Source: Clostridia bacterium (GTDB taxonomy: Bacteria; Bacillota; Clostridia; Oscillospirales; CAG-272). Taken from it: 42,393 nt of DNA. The DNA is taken from assembly GCA_017625915.1 (NCBI GenBank), contig JAGAJV010000062.1, forward strand, positions 1 through 42,393. Direction: 5' to 3'. The notes under the pieces were generated by a model. That model did not search any database, was not told the origin of the DNA, and saw nothing but the letters and a program-made list of their open reading frames with translations. How positions within the stretch are numbered: the first letter of the stretch is position 1; each line of letters opens with the position of its first letter. The position numbers and the translations under genes are program-made. Positions 38,933-42,393 of the stretch are shown here, in pieces.

Positions 38933-38936
38933 ACAC

Positions 38937-38975
38937 AAGCATCAAAACTATTGGCGTAGTTTTGATGCTTTTTTA
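38937..38975 (+). terminator. Plus-strand-oriented intrinsic terminator
   Basis: 14-bp stem aagcatcaaaacta / tagttttgatgctt with loop ttggcg, followed by tttttt on the plus strand only. Confidence 0.6.
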
Positions 38976-38994
38976 TTTTTAGAAATCAAACCTT

Positions 38995-39333
38995 TCATTT
39001 TTCTATAAAGTTTACATTATTTGCACATATTTGTATATTATGATAAGAGCCAGTGACATCACTTTCAACACAAATATTAATTGAATTGTCTAATAATTCA
39101 ACCTTTACTATTTCATCGCTATTGATTTTGTAATTGTCATATGTGCAATTAGAACAATTAGAAAACTCAATTAGAACAATTCCGGTTTCTTTTTCACCAT
39201 CTTCAAAGGATGATTGTTGCCAATAGCAGAAATCAATTTCGAGACAAACGATATTGGCTGCTTTATCATAAGAAATGTCTTCAAGCAAACTACCTATTAG
39301 ATAGACTTTATTTATAAATTCTTTTATTGTCAT
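38995..39333 (-). CDS. Small acidic cytoplasmic protein, candidate immunity/antitoxin partner of the upstream gene
   Basis: Start moved to ATG 39333 (MTIKEFINK...), preceded by aaaggagg, 13 nt after the upstream stop; 112 aa, no signal peptide, no recognised family. Confidence 0.5.
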   Translation of the reverse strand: MTIKEFINKVYLIGSLLEDISYDKAANIVCLEIDFCYWQQSSFEDGEKETGIVLIEFSNCSNCTYDNYKINSDEIVKVELLDNSINICVESDVTGSYHNIQICANNVNFIEK

Positions 39334-39346
39334 TGTATACCTCCTT

Positions 39347-39682
39347 TTATGGTATAATGTGAGAAGCTTTTGAGTTTTTTGGCACGGGATTACCATTTTT
39401 ATCTAAATAATAATCGTGTTTTCCAGTGGAGTTGGGATTTAAAACATGGTAGTGGTCTTTTCCACCGTAGCCTCCTTGAGAGGCATCTCCTTTATCATAC
39501 CTTATGCTTAATCCATCTTTGTTTGTGTACATTTTTGAAGTAGTATTTTGCGACATACTAACAGGTGTAGTTTCTTTCCAGCCTTTTTCCAAAAGTTTAT
39601 TGGGATTTTTAGGCAAACTTTTTATAGTGGAGCGAATAGCACCACGAGAACCCGAATATCCTCCTGACATTCCTGAACCCAT
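39347..39682 (-). CDS. Small (111 aa) Gly/Ser-rich-N-terminus protein resembling a stand-alone polymorphic-toxin C-terminal domain
   Basis: MGSGMSGGYSGSRGA... then GW...LSIRYDKGD...GGKDHYHVLNPN...YYLDKNGNPVPKNSKASHI. The layout recalls small nuclease/RNase toxin CT domains (weak, by eye). ATG overlaps the upstream stop (TAATG), with an RBS aggagg inside the upstream gene. Confidence 0.5.
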   Translation of the reverse strand: MGSGMSGGYSGSRGAIRSTIKSLPKNPNKLLEKGWKETTPVSMSQNTTSKMYTNKDGLSIRYDKGDASQGGYGGKDHYHVLNPNSTGKHDYYLDKNGNPVPKNSKASHIIP

Positions 39683-40353
39683 TATAAATTCCTCCTTCGT
39701 TTAGTACTTATCCAGTCCGGATAGTTTACAAAGTCGGTTTTGTGCTTGAATTCATCAAATACGGAATTGGGCATAGCTCCGTAAACAAGTACAACTGTCG
39801 GTTCCAACTCATCAAGCATGGCTTTTAGACCTTCTCTAAAGTAGTGCTTGTTTTCTTGTCCTCTAATACAGCCATATGTGCTAATTGACACAATACTACG
39901 TTTGGGAACGCCTAAAAACGCAAACTTTTCAGGCAATTCTGTGGTGGTATAGCTTCGTTCATCTCCCCAACGAATATTTGGAATAACATATAACCCTTGC
40001 GCTTGCAAAAAGCTTCCAACTGCTCGGTTCATATATGTGTTTGCAATTTGCAAGCACAGAGGCATATCTCTATATAGAGAACAGTCTGGAGATATAATTG
40101 CAGAGAACTTCGAGAGCTCTGATAAGAAATTTTTTGTGCTTGTTAAAACATCAGAAAATTTTATATCATGCTCGTAAAAGTGAACGGCTTCAGTTTTGTC
40201 TTTGCTTCGTTTGATTTGAGTAAAAGGAATAACGGATTTTGGAATTATAATTTTATCGGGTTTTTTAATAACTGGTATTTCAAAAATACCATCAAAAAAA
40301 GCACTAGAAACGAGTTCGGAATTGAACCCATCATCTACTAAGTTTTTATTCAT
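39682..40353 (-). CDS. DUF4417-like protein, function unknown
   Basis: 223 aa; pattern HFYEHDIKF...ISPDCSLYRDMP...NRAVGSFLQAQGLYVIPNIRWGDERS...VSISTYG recalled as DUF4417-like, from memory and not verified. Confidence 0.55.
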   Translation of the reverse strand: MNKNLVDDGFNSELVSSAFFDGIFEIPVIKKPDKIIIPKSVIPFTQIKRSKDKTEAVHFYEHDIKFSDVLTSTKNFLSELSKFSAIISPDCSLYRDMPLCLQIANTYMNRAVGSFLQAQGLYVIPNIRWGDERSYTTTELPEKFAFLGVPKRSIVSISTYGCIRGQENKHYFREGLKAMLDELEPTVVLVYGAMPNSVFDEFKHKTDFVNYPDWISTKRRRNL

Positions 40354-40419
40354 GATATGTAACCTTTCTCCTCTAATAAAGAGGGATTTTTATTTTTAAA
40401 ATAGTTTAAAAAAGGGTAG

Positions 40420-40462
40420 GCTAAAACATATCATACGACTAAGTAGTGTGCTTTAGCATATC
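40420..40462. repeat. 43-nt direct repeat DR2 (partner at 38891-38932)
   Basis: About 85% identical to DR1, located 67 nt upstream of the DUF4417-like start codon. Confidence 0.7.
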
Positions 40463-40483
40463 CTTGCAATATTGGTTTTTGTT

Positions 40484-40521
40484 TTGTCAAGAGTAGTTGG
40501 CGCTAATCTTGACATTGTCAA
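40484..40521. promoter_or_regulatory. Cluster of TTGTCAAG / CTTGACA / TGTCAA half-sites including the perfect palindrome TTGACAtTGTCAA (40509-40521); candidate repressor operator
   Basis: Inverted repeats in the 200-nt gap between the ImmA gene and the DUF4417-like gene. Confidence 0.4.
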
Positions 40522-40556
40522 CAATCATAGTACATCACTCCTTTTAAAGTTTGTTT

Positions 40557-41081
40557 TTAATATTTTAATCTTTTTTTAGCAGCGGATTCAGAAACCCCAT
40601 ATGTGTTCATTAGTTCATTGATAGTCATGTTTTGAGTTGATTCATATGGCATCATAACTTCACCAGCTAGAGCCATAACTATCCATTCTATCCTTTTGTA
40701 TAAAGGAACATCTTGAGTTAGTTGACGAGAGAAAACAGGTTTAAAACCAAGCTTGTCAGCGAATGCATGCATGATTTCGTGCATAATATGCATGCGATGT
40801 CCACCTACCTTTTTTTCAAACGCTCCATTATAAACTGATTCCTTTATTTGAATTAGGTAGCCACTATCGTCAACAGAACATTGTGCGGGAACGTTTTTAG
40901 GTAAAACATTATTGTAAACAACATCATATCGCACATCTTCAAATCCTTCAAAATCAGGGAGCTTATCCAATAACTTTACAGGATCGACAGGTTCGTTTTC
41001 AGATAGTCCACAGATTGAACGGAACAATTTAGAATAAAGTCGAAGCTCATAACGGTTGGTTGCTTTAGTTTCGTAATCCAT
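40557..41081 (-). CDS. ImmA/IrrE family zinc metallopeptidase
   Basis: HEXXH motif (MHIMHEIMHAF), 174 aa, translationally coupled (TAATG) to the upstream HTH gene, the classic ImmR-ImmA arrangement. Confidence 0.8.
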   Translation of the reverse strand: MDYETKATNRYELRLYSKLFRSICGLSENEPVDPVKLLDKLPDFEGFEDVRYDVVYNNVLPKNVPAQCSVDDSGYLIQIKESVYNGAFEKKVGGHRMHIMHEIMHAFADKLGFKPVFSRQLTQDVPLYKRIEWIVMALAGEVMMPYESTQNMTINELMNTYGVSESAAKKRLKY

Positions 41082-41443
41082 TAATTTTCCTCCTTGTTAA
41101 GAAGTTTAATAATGGCAGCCGCTGTATCATCATCGAGCTTGTCAAAGGAACGCTGAAATTGCACAGCGAGATTTCTCTGAGAATTGCTAGCAGAAATAAG
41201 ATTAACTTTAACTTGGGTTTTTGAATATTCAACAGCTTCAATTAGTTCAGCTTGCTCTTGCTCATTTAATTGGTAGTGTGTGATTAGGATAGGAATCCAT
41301 TCATCGGGAACATTTCTTTTTCCGTTTTCGACGGTGGAAACAAAGGGAATCTTAACATTGAACAGTTTTGCAGTATCTCCCATTACCTCATGATGTTTAA
41401 CTCGTTGTATTCGCATAAATTCTCCAAATTTAGTATAGCTCAT
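41081..41443 (-). CDS. XRE-family helix-turn-helix transcriptional regulator
   Basis: HTH_3-like N-terminus (FGEFMRIQRVKHH..MGDTAKLFNVKIPFVSTVENGKRNVP). The second ATG (41443) has better spacing to aaaggag than the ORF-track start 41449. Confidence 0.75.
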   Translation of the reverse strand: MSYTKFGEFMRIQRVKHHEVMGDTAKLFNVKIPFVSTVENGKRNVPDEWIPILITHYQLNEQEQAELIEAVEYSKTQVKVNLISASNSQRNLAVQFQRSFDKLDDDTAAAIIKLLNKEEN

Positions 41444-41470
41444 ATTCATTCTCCTTTCCTGTTTGATTCA

Positions 41471-41499
41471 AGTATATCATAAGTTTACCTAAAAGTCAA
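41471..41499 (-). promoter_or_regulatory. Sigma-A-type promoter of the XRE-ImmA operon
   Basis: On the minus strand, TTGACT, 17-nt spacer, tgaTATACT (extended -10). Confidence 0.55.
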
Positions 41500-41690
41500 T
41501 AATTAATTTAACCTTTTTTTGATTAATTTTCGCAAAAGGATAAAAAAAAGACGAGTGAGCAACTCATCTTTAAGTAAATTGAGGTTCGAATCCTGCGTGA
41601 TAGACTGTGAGTTTCGAACTTTTTAGAAAAATGTGCAAATAAATTTGTGAATGTTTACCAAAATAAATGTTCATAAAATGTACAAATTAA

Positions 41691-41975
41691 ACAAAAAAGC
41701 AACTGAAATTTCAAAAGAAATTCCAGTTGCAAGTGGTCGAGATGACAGGAAGCATCGCGTACTACGTTGCTCGTAACACTTCGCGCGCAAATCGTGAGCA
41801 AGCCCACATTTGCTTCGCTTGCTAGGCGCACCTGATTCAACTTGCGTTGAAAGCAGATGCGAACAGTCAACACAAACAAAAAAATCCTAAACCGAACATA
41901 AAGTTCAATTTAGGATTTTTATGGTCGCAATGAGCCACCCTCAGTTGAACACCCTATTAAAAAGTGCAACAAACC
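41691..41975 (-). ncRNA. Unclassified structured-RNA-like element, copy B (core 41733-41927)
   Basis: Same architecture as copy A. P3b is AGCAAGC/GCUUGCU here versus AGCGAGC/GCUCGCU in copy A (a compensatory double change). It has a different P4 tip and a different terminator hairpin (41699-41730), followed by the same uuuuuguuuaau tail. Overlapping ORF 41655..41879 judged non-coding. Confidence 0.6.
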
Positions 41976-42300
41976 CATATAGCAAAAGGAGTTTTGTGAC
42001 TTTTTTACGAGGCGGAATTTTTTAGAAAAATGTAAATCGTATATCAAAAAGACCTCAAAAATATCACTTTTTGAAATTTGAGATTTTTATTTTAAGGGTG
42101 CAAAGACACAGATTTCAAGAGTGCAAAAAAGTAAAATTAAAGTTGCACTCTTTTGATTGAAAATCAGCAGATGTGCTGAAAATTTGGCACTACTGCTTTG
42201 AGAGGAATAAATTGCTCAAATGAGATTGTATAAGAAAAGATTTTATGATATAATAAAATATCAGTTAATCAATTAAAGAAGAAAGGTATGTATCAGTGAT

Positions 42301-42393
42301 ATGAAAAATTGCGACATCCATATTCGTGACCCATTTGTTATATTTGAAAACGGACGATACTATATGTATGGAACACGGGGCAAAAATTATGGC
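42301..42393 (+). CDS. Glycoside hydrolase family 43-like protein, N-terminal 31 codons (runs off window)
   Basis: MKNCDIHIRDPFVIFENGRYYMYGTRGKNYG: the RDPF...G.YY.YGT motif is typical of GH43 N-termini. The RBS is weak. Confidence 0.55.
   Translation, partial: MKNCDIHIRDPFVIFENGRYYMYGTRGKNYG

Noticed and set aside
41583-41593. GGTTCGAATCC (canonical tRNA T-loop sequence) upstream of the XRE gene, and T-loop-like GGTTCGAGTC at ~38745-38754 (minus strand); possible tRNA or att-site remnants.
   Set aside because: The flanking bases do not form a T-stem (3 of 5 pairs at best), there is no acceptor stem or CCA, and no cloverleaf can be drawn. At most this is a decayed fragment, and it is not supportable as a tRNA gene.

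Overview
The window is a chromosomal segment from a low-GC, spore-forming Firmicute, probably a Clostridia-type organism (cotJABC operon, AGGAGG-type RBSs, TTGACA-17-TATAAT promoters, U-tract terminators). About 90% is syntenic housekeeping: gap (3' part), two adjacent K+ uptake systems (ktrAB-like and trkAH-like), cotJABC, nadK, an NfnAB-like oxidoreductase pair, a lipoprotein serine protease with Cys-rich repeats, coaE, an M18 aminopeptidase, an eda fusion, prfA, tsaC/sua5, a ParC/GyrA-like subunit, a YfcC-type transporter, an LPLAT acyltransferase, tRNA-Leu(GAG), tspO, miaB, a ylbF-like gene, mutS, mutL, tgt, a polysaccharide deacetylase and a small arabinan-utilisation cluster (PHP protein, DMT transporter, GH51 abfA, start of a GH43 gene). 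Two things stand out. (1) prfA (release factor 1) is full length, but an in-frame TAG sits exactly where the universal GGQ glutamine codon should be, and TAG is a genuine stop elsewhere in the window. (2) At 38.4-42.0 kb, between abfA and the GH43 gene, lies a ~3.5 kb accessory island. It carries XRE-ImmA regulators, a DUF4417-like gene and a small toxin-like/immunity-like pair. The island is bracketed by two paralogous ~195-nt (extended ~290-nt) structured-RNA-like elements that show a compensatory base-pair change. Its three-gene cassette is itself bracketed by 42-nt direct repeats. No recombinase, CRISPR array, rRNA or complete IS element was seen. All functional calls come from motif recognition by eye in the supplied translations; no database search was possible.
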